Origin: Acipenser ruthenus | Taxonomy: Eukaryota | Length of the DNA stretch: 64,000 bases | Direction of reading: 5' to 3' | Assembly: GCF_902713425.1 (NCBI RefSeq) | Contig: NC_081212.1 | Coordinates: 9,908,261-9,972,260, forward strand | In this document: one piece after another, positions 11,713 to 23,624 of the stretch | Layout: every line of letters starts with the position of its first letter | How positions within the stretch are numbered: position 1 is the first letter of the stretch | The notes under the pieces: model-generated | Databases searched by the model: none | The model's input: only the letters and a program-made list of their open reading frames with translations | Told to the model about the DNA's origin: nothing | Program-made: the position numbers and the translations under genes

Positions 11713-12344
11713 AATGTCTGTAACTCTAAAAATTGAAATTGTAACTGTAGCAAAAATGTTCAGGAAAACATGGGTTGACTTGGGGCTTGTTTTTATTTTA
11801 TTTTAAATAAAAAAATCATTCATCCTGCTTGCTCAGTCATTCAGCCTCCTTTGGCTTAAAAAACAAACAAAAAAAAAACAAGTGTGCTTTGTTTAAACTA
11901 AAATGTTCCTTGTAAAATCATCCATACTTGCTTTGAAATCTGCCTCACCTTTGTCTGGATACATTTGTTGGTCCAGTGACTAGCATGCCGCTTATAGGAG
12001 TGCCTATCTGGTGCATTGCACGCATGGTTGAGTGATTGCATACCAGTTCAGAGTGGGGTGCTCGGCAGAGCGGTCAGTTCTACTCTATCTGGAGAACCAC
12101 TTACTCAATTGTCATGAAACTTGGTATTTAACATTATTTAGCCTACATGATTGAGAGTAAAATATTGTGGGGATATCCTCTAATTCTTATTCTATACTAA
12201 TCTGTGATGCTGTTGATACATTATGGTCACTTTTTCATCATGTTGATAGCTCTAATTTAGCATTTCCAGTGGTGGCGAGGATGGATGGTGCTCGTTCTGT
12301 CTTGTACTCTGATATTCCTTCTCTGTGGTGTGTGTTTGTTTCAG

Positions 12345-12526
12345 GTCTGGGGCACCACAGGGTGAGCAGCCAGCCTACCATGCTCAGAGGGGATCTGGTG
12401 GGGGTCCGGGTCAGGCAGGTGGTCTCGTATGGGGACTGCAGTCTGGCCGTCTCCCAGGAGGGGGAGCTCTTCGGCTGGGGCAACTCCGAGTACCTCCAGC
12501 TCTCTGCTGTCACTGATTCCACACAG
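12345..12526 (+). CDS. rcc1l: RCC1-like protein coding exon (GLGHHRVSSQPTMLRGDLVGVRVRQVVSYGDCSLAVSQEGELFGWGNSEYLQLSAVTDSTQ)
   Basis: acceptor TTTCAG at 12339-12344, donor GTACTG at 12527; phase continuous; matches human LGHYNITSSPTKLGGDLAGVNVIQVATYGDCCLAVSADGGLFGWGNSEYLQLASVTDSTQ. Confidence 0.88.
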
Positions 12527-12574
12527 GTACTGAAGTGTGTCTGGATGTCTGGGTGAGTGCAGACATCATTGTAC

Positions 12575-12900
12575 TTAAGAAGATACAGAGAAGGACAACT
12601 AGGCTCACCCCAGGACTTATGGCATGTAACTTATGACAGAATGTATGAATGCAGGGGTGGAAATAAAACTCCTATTGCATAGCAGTATTACCCAGGTCAG
12701 CTTTAATATGAGCTTGATAAGCCACGTGTACAGGTAACAAACTCAGGTGTGTTATTACACTGCTGTGCAATGTCTTCTTTCCACCCCTGGAATGCATGGA
12801 ATAGACTCCCGGGTGAAGTAGTAGGATATGAAATACTAGGAACTTTCAGACAAGTGCCTGGAATTATTTTGTTAGTTCTGTGTACTCCTTAAGTTATTTT
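12575..12900 (+). mobile_element. degenerate CR1-like LINE ORF2 C-terminal fragment
   Basis: translates to IQRRTTRLTPGLM…, similar to ERVQRRATRISLGLKGMSYADRLKEFNLFSLEQRRLRGELIQAFKI at 51700-51860. Confidence 0.55.
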
Positions 12901-12949
12901 GACTTTTGACTGGGAGTTTGGATATGCCCTTGTCTGAAGCTGCTATCTT

Positions 12950-13235
12950 AAGAACATACGAAAATGTACGAATGATAGGCCATTCGGCCTATCTAAGATC
13001 ATCTGGTTTCCTAGTAGCTGATTCATCTCGAGACTTTGCCAAGTTGGATCTTAAAGAATCCAAGTGATTGTGCCTCAACAACATGACTAGGTAACCCATT
13101 CCGTACCTTGCCTACTCTCCAGTGAGAAGGTGTCTCCTTTCTTCTGTCCTAAGTCTGTCTCCACTTCATTTCTAACTGTATCCTCTGGTCCTGGTTTCTG
13201 TACTGCATTTTAAGTATTGGTTCAGGTTAACTATG
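12950..13235 (-). mobile_element. CR1-like LINE 3'-terminal fragment (same family as 10010-10200)
   Basis: gaacatacgaaaatgtacgaatgataggccattcggcc… is the reverse complement of the LINE 3' end. Confidence 0.7.
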
Positions 13236-13436
13236 TCAACTTCTTTTAAGATTGTCCCCCCTGCTTCTTCTTTGTTCCAGGATAAACAGGTTCAGTGGTT
13301 CAGCTCAATCCATTAAGCTCTGGAATTAGTCTGCTTGTTGGACTCCCTCCAGAGTCACAATGTTTAGTACTCCAATATTAATATGATCATATTGTGTAGA
13401 AAAGACTCAAACCACCCTCTCCCTGTCTCTGTTCAG

Positions 13437-13524
13437 CTGAGCTCTCCACGGCTCCTCCCCTTGGCGGGTGTGGGGAGGGTGCAGCAGGCTGCCTGCGGAG
13501 GGACTCAGGTTGCAGTGTTGAACG
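13437..13524 (+). CDS. rcc1l: RCC1-like protein coding exon (LSSPRLLPLAGVGRVQQAACGGTQVAVLN)
   Basis: acceptor TGTTCAG at 13430-13436, donor GTGAGC at 13525; matches human ...HFSGVGKVRQAACGGTGCAVLNGEG. Confidence 0.8.
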
Positions 13525-14399
13525 GTGAGCTCCCTGACACTACTGCTCTACTGTGTAAACTCGCGTTTGTCAAACCAGCTACAAGAAACCAATAATGACA
13601 ACTAGTTATGTATTCTGAGGCATTACTGCAATAACACTGGATGACAAGTTTGCCCAAGTTGTGTCTTGTTTAACTTAACAACTTTTATGAATCGTCTTTG
13701 TAGGGCTGACCCATATTTGCATGGCTCCAAATGTATGTTTAATAGATTAAACGTTTGAACCTTGTCAGTCGTTTACTGTTTAAACTGTTTCCAGTGATAA
13801 AGTCAACTTGATTTGACAGTGTCTTATATTAGGTACACTGCAGTAATCTCTGGTTTTATCAGTGCAGTTTCATTACAGGGGTGTCTAGATGATACTGACC
13901 ATATCACTGCCACATTGTTTCAATCTCTGCACACATCTTCTTCACATATCCATTTTACTTCATGTTTACAAATCATTCTGTCTCACTCCAATTTCTCATT
14001 GTTCTGTAGTTTTAGTTTTTCAGACTATTACTTTAAAGCCATAATAAGTAGGATACACAAAATGTAAACGTATCACTTGTGGTATATGGATTCCAATTCT
14101 TATTTTGTTTCTGGTTTTCATCACATCCTTGAAATGTATTTTTAACAAGTGCAAGCTCATCCCGGTTCATAGCAATATCTACGATGACAAGATGCTTCTG
14201 CGTGCTTCCCAGCTGAAAGCTGCATCATGATTGACTGGTTGAATAATTGTATGATAATAACCTAGCGTTCCCTTTCAAGTACAAAATGCAACCATTACCG
14301 AATGGGATACAATACCCAAGCCGTCACAAGTGAAGGACTTGCAGCACCGGCAGATGTGCTAAAAACGAAGATAAACTGCCTTTAGTATTCTGGCTGAGG

Positions 14400-14656
14400 A
14401 CCGATTTAATGGTCAGATCAAAACAAATCAAATCAAACTTTATTTATATACTGCTTTGCAGAGGCACCTCAAGGCGCTTAACAGAAAACAACAGTTCAAA
14501 ACATCAACAATGAAACCGCAAAAACAGTAATAAAACTCTAGTATTACTAGAGTATTACATTTCAAGTATTACATTTCAAGTATTACAAAAATACTTGAAA
14601 TGTATATGTTTACGACTGTAAGTCACCCTGGATAAGGGCGTCTGCTAAGAAATAAG

Positions 14657-14660
<4 letters not shown>
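14400..14660 (+). mobile_element. SINE-like element ending in the conserved tail gtaagtcaccctggataagggcgtctgctaagaaataa
   Basis: same tail recurs at 44875-44915 and 52995-53030; resembles the HpaI/SmaI-type fish SINE tail. Confidence 0.45.

Positions 14661-14661
<1 letters not shown>

Positions 14662-14733
<72 letters not shown>
14662..14733. repeat. (TA)n microsatellite
   Basis: direct reading. Confidence 0.95.
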
Positions 14734-14735
<2 letters not shown>

Positions 14736-14739
14736 CAGT

Positions 14740-15840
14740 CAAAACAGCAAAACAGTAAAAAAATAAAAATGGACAGTCAGATGGAAACAATGGATCATAA
14801 AAATAGGTGTTAAATCTTGACTTAAAAATTGCAACGGTTGAGGCCTCTCTTATAGAGCCAGGGAGAGCGTTCCACAGTACAGGGTCCCTACACCTGAACG
14901 CTATACCATCTGTGTTTTTCTTAAAAGCCCCGGGGACAGAAAACAGCCCAGCACCCTGGGATCGGAGAGGAATATAATGGACTAAAAGATCCCTTAAGGA
15001 TCCATTCAGGGCTTTATAGGTTAAGAGTAGGACCTTAAAATCAATCCTAGACCGCACCAGGAGCCAATGTGGGGGCTGCTAGCACGGGAAATATGTTTAA
15101 ATTTTTTGGTTCTTGTTAAAAAAACCTGGTCGCAGCAATTTGTACAAGCTGCAATCGGGATAAAACATAGCTTTGGATACCTGAGAACAGGGCGTTGCAA
15201 TAATCAAGCCTAGGTGATACAAAGGCATGCATCAATCTCTCAGCATCCTGCAGCCAAGGGAAGTGTCCTCATTGAGCAATATTTCTAAGGTGAAAAAATG
15301 ACCCTTTGGTTACATTCCTAAAATGCGGTTCGAAGGAAAGATCTGGGTCAAAAATTACACCCAAGTTCCTCATTTCAGCTTTCAGTGAGTAAGGGAAACT
15401 GTCCACTGGAAAAACACATGGATTTGTATTGTTCAGTTGACTGTTTGATCCCAAAAGCATTACCTCTGTTTTATCTGAATTTAACAATAAAAAGTTGTCC
15501 TACATTCATAGCTTAATATCAGCGAGGCAGGTAGTCTGAATATTTAAAGATAAAGTATCACCCGGTTTTAGAGACAAATATAGTATCATCAGCATAACAA
15601 TGACCTCATGTCTACGGACAATATCGCCCAAGGGCAGCATGTATAGGGAAAACAAAACTGGTCCGAGAACAGAACCCTGGGGGACGCCACATATAACTTC
15701 AGATAGAAAGGAAGAATCTTCTTCAATTTTAACATATTGTAGCCTATTTGAAAGATAGGATTTAAACCACAGCACAAGTGAGGGAGAGCCCTCATGCAGT
15801 GGTCATGCTGCAAGGTTACATTGAGTAACCTAAGCATTTA
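14740..15840 (-). mobile_element. L2-clade LINE ORF2 fragment (RT thumb and C-terminus)
   Basis: ORFs with GVPQGSVLGPVLFSLYMLPLGDIVRRH, CLADIKL, MLNSDKTEVMLLGS, LPGSIREASTVAIFKSRFNTYFY. Confidence 0.7.
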
Positions 15841-15849
15841 ACACTAGAA

Positions 15850-16330
15850 GTCCAAAGATGTGTGTGGCTAACTACATGACAGCCGCTGTTTAGGGCTTGT
15901 CTGTGGAACTTAGACCCGAAGCAAATAAACAAGTGCTCGGGTTGCCGCCAGCTCTAGGTGCGGTCAACAAAATACGCCAGTGCCCTAACTGGACAGAGCT
16001 TATGGAGCTTTCCCTCGCTGTCAGACTGGAAAGGAGGTGGATGAAAGGCCTCCAAATCCACTGACTGGTTGATAAGGAAAGCAGAAATGCTATTAGGGAG
16101 AAAAAAAACTTCCTGGTACCGTCTAGTACCAACCATGGTACTGAAAACGGGTCACTGGTACTGACTGCGGTACTGAAAACGGGTCACCAGTACCGGCCCA
16201 GCCCTGGTAACAGGAGCGAATCACTGGTACCCGTTCTGGCACAGAGTGGTACTGGCTTTGTAACCAGGACAAGTGGCGTGCAGGTGAAGACCTGAAAAAG
16301 CCACTGACAACTGCAAGCACACACTGTTAA
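15850..16330 (-). mobile_element. probable tyrosine-recombinase (DIRS/Crypton-like) coding fragment
   Basis: ORF ending …GKLHKLCPVRALAYFVDRT, a motif I associate with fish YR-retroelement recombinases; frameshifted. Confidence 0.35.
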
Positions 16331-17480
16331 ACAGACAGGGACTTCAAATCGCATGCTACTAGAATAATCTAGTAGCCTTCATTGTCAGTGAAGCAAAAAG
16401 CAGACACAGCAACGGCAAATTCGACAGCACAGTGTAGCTAAAAAACCCTGAACACTAGCCGTGTCTCTGTAGCGCAAAAGCTGACGGAAAGACCAGACAG
16501 CTGCGCAGGTACCGTCTGTGTACAGATAACAACAGACACCTATGAGAGTTGGGTTTCTGAATGACAAACGGAAAACAATCAAAGCTTCATAAAAATGATA
16601 TATAATATTTATGAAAAAAATAAATATATATATCTATGAAAAGGAGCTAGTAAGAGTTATATCGCCTCACGAAGAGCCGAGCAGCAAGGGAGAGAGCATG
16701 GAAACTTAGACCCACAAGGGACTGAATCTCAGGGGAGGAACAGGCGAGATGCCGGCTTTGCGCAGGGCACAAGGCCGCGGAGGGGACTTAATCAATCAGT
16801 ACCTAGGTTAAGAAAGAATTAGATTTTAAAATAAAATTATTTCAATGAATGATCATATATCAGTTTATCTCCTTAGTTTTGACGAGAACTCAGAGCTCAC
16901 TCCTGCCTCAGGCGGGCTGAAAGAGAAAATGGCGCTGAGTCTTGTGCGTCATTTGTCTTTATCTCCTGGGTGGGGAGACAATGTCTGACACACAAGGGGC
17001 ATAAAGGAGCAGCTTTGATATAAGTGCTCAGGTAAGAGATTATAACCCATTCGGTAATGGTTACATTTTGTACTGGAAAGGGAACTGCACGTTTATTACT
17101 TTTAATTATATTTGTTATTAAATTGAAATGGTAATGTTGTTTATTTTAGTCAGTGAATGTATTTTTGATGATTTCTTTATCTATGTATTTTACACTGGAT
17201 ACACTGCGTCAGAAGAGGCTTTTATTTAACTCTCCTGGTGAACCCTCCTGAGTGAATATTGAGAAATGTGTTTCCCGGGTTGATTTGTGAACCATGAGGT
17301 GTGATTCAAGATTTTAAAATAGTCGGCAGTAAGTTTAAAAATATAACGCTGCAATACGGACAACATGGGACACAGCAAAGATCATCTTTCTTGTAAACTT
17401 TGCAGGGTATTCGCTTTAAATCCTTCGTTTGTTCTCCTATGATGTTAGAGTGACTAATGCTGTATCTCTCAACTCTACAG

Positions 17481-17654
17481 AGAGTGGGCAGGTGTTTGTG
17501 TGGGGCTATGGAATTCTGGGGAAGGGGCCCAACCTATCAGAGTCCAGGACCCCTGAGATGATCCCACCCACTTTGCTGGGCTGCTCAGAGTTTAACCCCG
17601 ACATTGCCGTGGCGCAGATCCGCTGTGGGCTAAACCACTTTGCAGCCATAACAG
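17481..17654 (+). CDS. rcc1l: RCC1-like protein coding exon (ESGQVFVWGYGILGKGPNLSESRTPEMIPPTLLGCSEFNPDIAVAQIRCGLNHFAAIT)
   Basis: acceptor CTCTACAG at 17473-17480, donor GTGAGA at 17655; matches human HVFVWGYGILGKGPNLVESAVPEMIPPTLFGLTEFNPEIQVSRIRCGLSHFAALT. Confidence 0.88.
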
Positions 17655-18003
17655 GTGAGACAGATCTTATAATCGCAATCCAGAATATACTTCATCCAGT
17701 GGGGAAGTGACTACTGCAAGACAGTGTTAATGCTAATATAACGACTAGTAAAGGTACTGTCATAAGGAGTTCAAGGTGTCAAGCAGTCTGGAGCTTGCTG
17801 GTTTAAATCCTGGCTGTGCTAAGTTGCTGATCTTGGCGGGGTTCTCTTATAGGGAAGTGCACTGGCCTTCGCGCTCCTGCGGGCGAGGGAGATATAATCA
17901 CCAGACTTTGCAAAAAACTAAATATATGATAACCTAAGTGTGGTTTGGGGTTTGGAAGCTAGGCTCCCTTCTATCTTATCATCTCATTTCATTAATCAAA
18001 TCT

Positions 18004-18492
18004 TTTTTTTTTTTTTTATAAATTTAGTCGTTGCCAATTATTTTTATTATTTTATCCCAATTTAGAATGGCCAATTATTTTTTAAGCTCAGCTCACCGTT
18101 ACCACCCCTGCGCTGACTCGGGAGGGCGAAGATGAGCACACGCTGTCCTCCGAAGCGTGTGCCGTCAGCCAACCGCTTTTTTTCACACTGCGGACTCACC
18201 GTGCAGCCACCCAAGAGCTACAGCGCCGGCGGACAACGCAGCTCTCGGGCAGCTTACAGGCAAGCACGCAGGCGCCCGGCCAGACCACAGGGGTCGCTGG
18301 TGTGCGGTGAGCCGAGGACACCCTGGCCGATCTAACCCTCCCTCCCCCCGGGCAACGCACGGTCAATTGTGCGCCGCCCCCTGGGAGCTCCCGTCCACGG
18401 TCGGCTGTGGAATAGCCTGGACTCGAACCGACGACGTCCAGGCTATAGAGTGCATCTTGCACTCCAGGCGTAGCGCCTTTACTGTATGCGCC
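18004..18492 (-). mobile_element. complete tRNA-derived SINE (about 490 bp) with A-rich tail
   Basis: minus-strand head ggcgcatacagtaaaggcgctacgcctggagtgcaag…ggttcgagtcc (tRNA-like A and B boxes); copies at 49279-49420 (+) and 29700-29925 (-). Confidence 0.75.
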
Positions 18493-18699
18493 ACTCTGGA
18501 GCCATCGAGAATCGCTTTTTCTTCTCTGTAATTCCATCTCGGCTTAACCAGTTTTTCCACCCAAGAAAGCTCCCCAGCTGCGCTCGGTTGTTCAGCGGCT
18601 CCAGCCAGACAGCAGGCAGTCTGCACAGAGCAGAACATCCCCACAGCATTTAAAGTAAATTCACCACCTGTTTGGGATATGCTGGGAAGGAAAGTTTTA

Positions 18700-20330
18700 T
18701 TTTACTACTCCGTTAACTTCCGGCTGCCGCAGCAGCCTGAAGATATTCATTACTCTCTCAGAAGCGTCATGCTGGATACTTCTTAACGCCTACCATGTTA
18801 AATTTCTGCTCCACCTACTTGATGATTTTCTATTGATCTCTCATCCCTCAGATCCGCCAGCAGAAGCGATCACTAATCTTAAGAGTTTATTTTAAGAAGT
18901 TGGTGTCCCGCTTTCAGAAGAAAAAACAATCAGCCCCCTTCATTCTCTGGAATTTGTAGGAATCATAGTGGACACAGAATAGTTCAAAACCAGCCTTCCC
19001 TTGTCTCAACTCAATCACATGTTTTCTTATCCAGAACTTCCAGATCAGTAAAACCATCAGGAAACGGGCACTGCTCTCTTTGCTGGGTCATTTCAACTTT
19101 GCAATTCGCATTATCCCCCAGGGGCGGACGTTTATATCTCGATTACTTTCTCTTGCATCGTCGGCAAAAAACTTTGACTCCTACATTAATATTTAATCAG
19201 AAGCTAGGAAAGACATTAAAATGTGGTCCACTCTTATTCAGCATTGGAACGGTCTTTCTATGTTCTATGATGATTATATTTCAACACCACACCACCTGGC
19301 TTTGTTTACGGACACCTCATTTTTGGGATTCGGAGGTCTCTTGAACAGTGTATGGCCTATGTAAATCGAAAGCCTATCGCCGCATCAAAAATCCACAGCT
19401 CTTCTTGAAATTTACCCAGTAGTCTCAGCTATGGGGTCATCTTTGGTCTAAGAAATCAATATTATTTTACTGCGATAACATATCTACAGTGCATATTATC
19501 AACAAAGGCTGTTCCAGTTCTCCTCTTATCATGCAATTATTATGGTGTCTAATATGGATTTCAATATCTAATAATTTTCTAATACAAGCTTGCCATCTAC
19601 CAGGCATCTGTAATAATGCAGCAGATGCTCTTTCTCGTTTACAGATTTCCAGATTTCATCGTCTGGTTCCTACAGCCCTGCCAACTCCAACAGCGACCCC
19701 CCCCAGTTCAATCAGCTGATCTTCAACTAAACCCAGCTATCAGCAAACTACTTAATTCAAACAAAGGATTCTTTATATTGGGCTCCAGCTACAATCTCTT
19801 CCTATGCATTTAAAAAATGGATCAGCTTTGGCAAAGCCAATGTATTCAGTTTTCAAAAAAAAAAAAAAAAAACTCTCCTCTATGCCCATATGCTTCCATG
19901 CAGAAGTATATTGCAGAGCGCAAACCCATGTCATCTTCTGACCCACTGTTCATAAATTCAAGCTGATCTGTTGTATCAAGGCATTGGTTCACTTCTCATC
20001 TCTCCACCTTGGTTTCCAGAGCAGGACTTTCCCCTGCAAATCTACACTCCCCATTCATTCAGAATCGGGGCAGCCACATCAGCAGCAAGAACAAAAAATA
20101 ACCAGCATCTAATCAAAAATATGGGGTGCTGGACCTCATCAGCAGTTGAGCTTACATTCGTTCTTCCCCAATCGAAATACCCTGTGCCCACCAGTCTATT
20201 GCTAGTATGTCTGGAGTGGGGACGACCTTTCCACCAGGGCCACCAAAGATTTCCCCCTAAAAAGAAAGGGGGGTTTTCCTTTCCACTGTGCAGCGTTAGT
20301 AGGGAGGAACTTACTAACCCCTTTGTCATG
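18700..20330 (+). mobile_element. DIRS/Ngaro-like tyrosine-recombinase retroelement fragment: RT C-terminus and RNase H (18700-19720, frameshifted) followed by a YR integrase C-terminus (19971-20330)
   Basis: RNase H signature HLPGICNNAADALSR; recombinase box II YTPHSFRIGAATSAA…GCWTSSAVELTF (H-x-x-R … catalytic Tyr replaced by F); upstream LGHFNFA…GR motif. Confidence 0.65.
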
Positions 20331-20639
20331 TTAAATGTTTTATTCTTGTATTAAATGTTTTCTCTTTTTCTTTGTTTTCTATATGCATTGGCGGTTCTTT
20401 GTCTGTCTACACATGTAGGAGTGTTTAGTGGGGAGCCGGGGGTCCATCCTTTTGTGAGGTTAGTGATCCACTTTCTCCAACCCTTTGTTAAGCTGCGCTT
20501 CTTACCTCTAAGGAGGAGGGTTCTCCATGAGTTGGAGGGGACCTCCGGCCAAAACCCCACCTTTCAGCATCGCATGATCTTTTGTTCCCCTCGTTCAGGT
20601 TCTGAAGCCACTATTTATATATAGGCCCCCAAATGGCGG

Positions 20640-21190
20640 GACCACTCTTCGTATGTCGGGTCTCTTCAGCGACGGTGACCCCTCTCCTGTTTGTCGGGTC
20701 TCCTCAGAGATGGTGACCCCTCTCCTGTTTGTCGGGTCTCTTCAGAGACGGTGACCCCTCTCCTGTTTGTCGGGTCTCCTCAGAGATGGTGACCCCTCTC
20801 CTGTTTGTTGGGTCTCTTCAGCGATGGTGACCCCTCTCCTGTTTGTCTGGTCTCTTCAGAGACGGTGACCCCTCTCCTGTTTGTCATGTCTTCTCAGAGA
20901 CGGTGACCCCCCTTCTATGTGTTGGGCCTTCGAAGAGGCGGAGCCCCTCTCTTTATATGTTTTTATATGTACTAACTCCATATTCCTTACTTTCTGGTTC
21001 ACAAGCCTTTTCGTATGTCGGGTCATCTCAGAGACGATGACCTCTCTTCGTATGTCAGGTCTCCGACAGAGACCCCTGTCTTGTTTGTCGGGTCTCCTCA
21101 GTGACGGAACCCCTCTTCTATGTGTTGGGCCTTTGAAGAGGCAGAACCCCTCTCTTTATATGTTTCATCTCTTACTAACTCCATGTTAAA
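20640..21190. repeat. complex minisatellite: about 40-bp unit (gtcgggtctcttcagcgacggtgacccctctcctgtttgtc)n with interspersed 70-bp secondary units
   Basis: direct reading. Confidence 0.85.
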
Positions 21191-21299
21191 CATCACGTCG
21201 GGTGGCCTTGCTCCCGCCTCGTGACCTACAAAGGACAAAAGTCTAAGATGAATTTTGCCTACAAGTGTCAGCCAAAAAGGAAGCATTGACTACAGGGTA

Positions 21300-21850
21300 T
21301 ATTCATAGAAATGAAGTGGTCTATTGCCACATTCTTTTTCCCATGTGTATCGTATCATATGTAGGCCCACTTATGCAATTTTGCTAATTTTAGAGTAAGT
21401 TTATTTTGTCCTACTTTGCATTCATTTTTTAATGTGAGTTCCATCTTTAAACAATGTCACCTGTTAATGTCGCTCACATCTCGTAATGCTGAACAACGTA
21501 CCGAACACTGATGTTTAGAGATGCCGCTGTGTCTGCCCAGTTCTGAATGCTGTCTGGATCATTTTGAATGACCTTTGCTGCTGCAACAGTGTTTGCCACT
21601 CCTCCTATTTTTGTGTTGTCTGCAAATTTAACAAGTTTGCTTACTATACCAGACTCTAAATCATTCATGTAGATTAGGAAGAGCAGAGGACCTATTACTG
21701 ATCCCTGTGGTACTCCACTGGTTACCTCGCTCCATTTTGCGATTTCTCCTCTAATCAGTACTTTGTTTTCTACATGTTAACCACTCCCTAATCCATGTGC
21801 ATGCATTTCCTTGAATCCCTACAGAAAGCATGCATGTGTACTGTAGTATG
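21300..21850 (-). mobile_element. CR1-like LINE RT fragment
   Basis: ORF LESGIVSKLVKFADNTKIGGVANTVAAAKVIQNDPDSIQNWADT matches the intact copy at 51240-51400. Confidence 0.75.
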
Positions 21851-21931
21851 TTAATATGAAAAATAATACAATGGAATGAAGGGTGATGTGTTTTTTGGAG
21901 AATCTCTAAGCTGAGTTGACGTGTTTTGCAG

Positions 21932-22017
21932 ATGGGGGTGAACTCTTTGTGTGGGGGAAGAATATCCGAGGATGTCTAGGCATTGGCAAGACTGATGATC
22001 AGTATTTCCCATGGCGG
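21932..22017 (+). CDS. rcc1l: RCC1-like protein coding exon (DGGELFVWGKNIRGCLGIGKTDDQYFPWR)
   Basis: acceptor TTTTGCAG at 21924-21931, donor GTAAGA at 22018; matches human KGELFVWGKNIRGCLGIGRLEDQYFPWR. Confidence 0.88.
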
Positions 22018-22569
22018 GTAAGAGAGCTACAAACAAAAGGAGGCATTATCTGATTGATCCCAGAACTTTGAAGTCAGTTTTTAAATAACCCACCCCAAAC
22101 CCTCCCCACTCCCTGTGTAAGAATGTCTCCGACGCTGTGTGATGGGTCTCTCTTATTACAATACAGTAATACAATTCACATTTCTATAGTGCCAGTAGAT
22201 CCCAAAGTGCTTCATACAAAAAAATTATAATATTTACAATTAAAATAAAGTGACAAAAAAGATGGTTTTAATTATAAAATTAGAACAAACTAAGATAAAA
22301 AGCTTGTTTGTAAAAATAAACAATGAAAAAAATCTAATTAAAAAATTTAATAAAATTGGAATTAAAAACTAAAATATACAGTTTAATTGTAAAATTTGAA
22401 AAACTAAGATAAAAACCTTAAAAATAAATAAATAAATAAATTAAAAACTTAGGTTAATAAAGCTAATATATAAAAATTAGTTTAATCTAGATTTAAAAAC
22501 AGTAAAGTCCCAGCTTCCCTGACAACAATGGGTAAATGATTCCATCGTTACAGAGCTTTATAACAAAAA

Positions 22570-23160
22570 GGGATACAGGTAGTGAACAAAAAAATGGAAA
22601 CACCAATTTAAAGTCACTTAATAGGGCGTTGGGCCACTGGTATCCCGCTCTGTAGAGTTCTCGGCAGACCATTTTTGATGAAACTGGCTGCTCGCGCCCC
22701 AGGTTGAAATTTGCAGTCAATTGATCTGCAGTTGCTCGCCGTTTTGCCTTGCACTTCAAATTAATGCGTGGATATTACAATCCTGGAGTAGGCGCTTCCG
22801 CCCACTGTTGCCCTTTGCTGATGATGTCTTTCCCTCAGAGTTCCATGCCGACATCACTTTAGACACCGTTGCTCGTGAAACATCAGCAAGTTGAGCTGTC
22901 TTGTTCACTGAAGCTCCTGCCAAACGCGCCCCAACAATCACCCCTCTTTCAAAGTCACTGAGGTCTCCTCTTGCAGCCATGCTAGCCATAATTATAGGCA
23001 ACCAGGCCTGTCCAACATTTTTATACATGACCCTAAGCATGCTGGGATGTTATTTGCTTAATTAACGCATGAGCCACACCTGTGTGGAAGCCCTTGCTTT
23101 TAATATACTTGGTGTCACTCATTTACCCAGGTGTTTCCATTTTTCGTTCACTACCTGTAC
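22570..23160 (-). mobile_element. internally deleted Tc1/mariner-like element retaining both TIRs and the transposase N-terminal HTH region
   Basis: inverted repeats acaggtagtgaac(a/g)aaaaatggaaacacc at 22577-22606 and 23121-23150; ORF with paired-like HTH GDLSDFERGVIVGARLAGASVNKTAQLADVSRATVSKV. Confidence 0.7.
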
Positions 23161-23624
23161 ATGTTCACTTTTCTTAGTTGTAGTCAGAACTCCAGCAGCA
23201 GCATTGTGAACGAGCTGCAAGTGAGACAAAGCACGGCTCAGAAAATAGAGCAACAGAGCATTGCAAATCAATCCTAGATGACACAAAGGCATGCACTAGT
23301 CTTTCAGCATCAGGCACACAGATAATGGCCTGGAATATCAAACTTTTCTGACCGTCGGGGACAGCTTTTGTGTCTTAACTTTCCAACTGCTTTTCGTGTT
23401 CTGAGCAAAATAAAAAATGGCCAGGAAGGATGAGAACAGTTGCAAAATCCCAATTCTGACAGCATGAGGAATGTTATGCAAATAAAGTGGGTACCTAACA
23501 TACCCCCCATGCAAAAATCAAAAGGGTTGATGTGGGTGGAGTGACCCTTTGACTATACAAATGGTGATGGAGCCCAATGTGCTGCTAGGGATTGCTGCGA
23601 GTTTAGAGGATGAAAGGGATAATG

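Noticed and set aside
22120-22560. AT-rich block with cacatttctatagtgccagtagatcccaaagtgcttcatacaa, reminiscent of a fish SINE/MITE
   Set aside because: I could not match it confidently to a family or find a second copy in the window.
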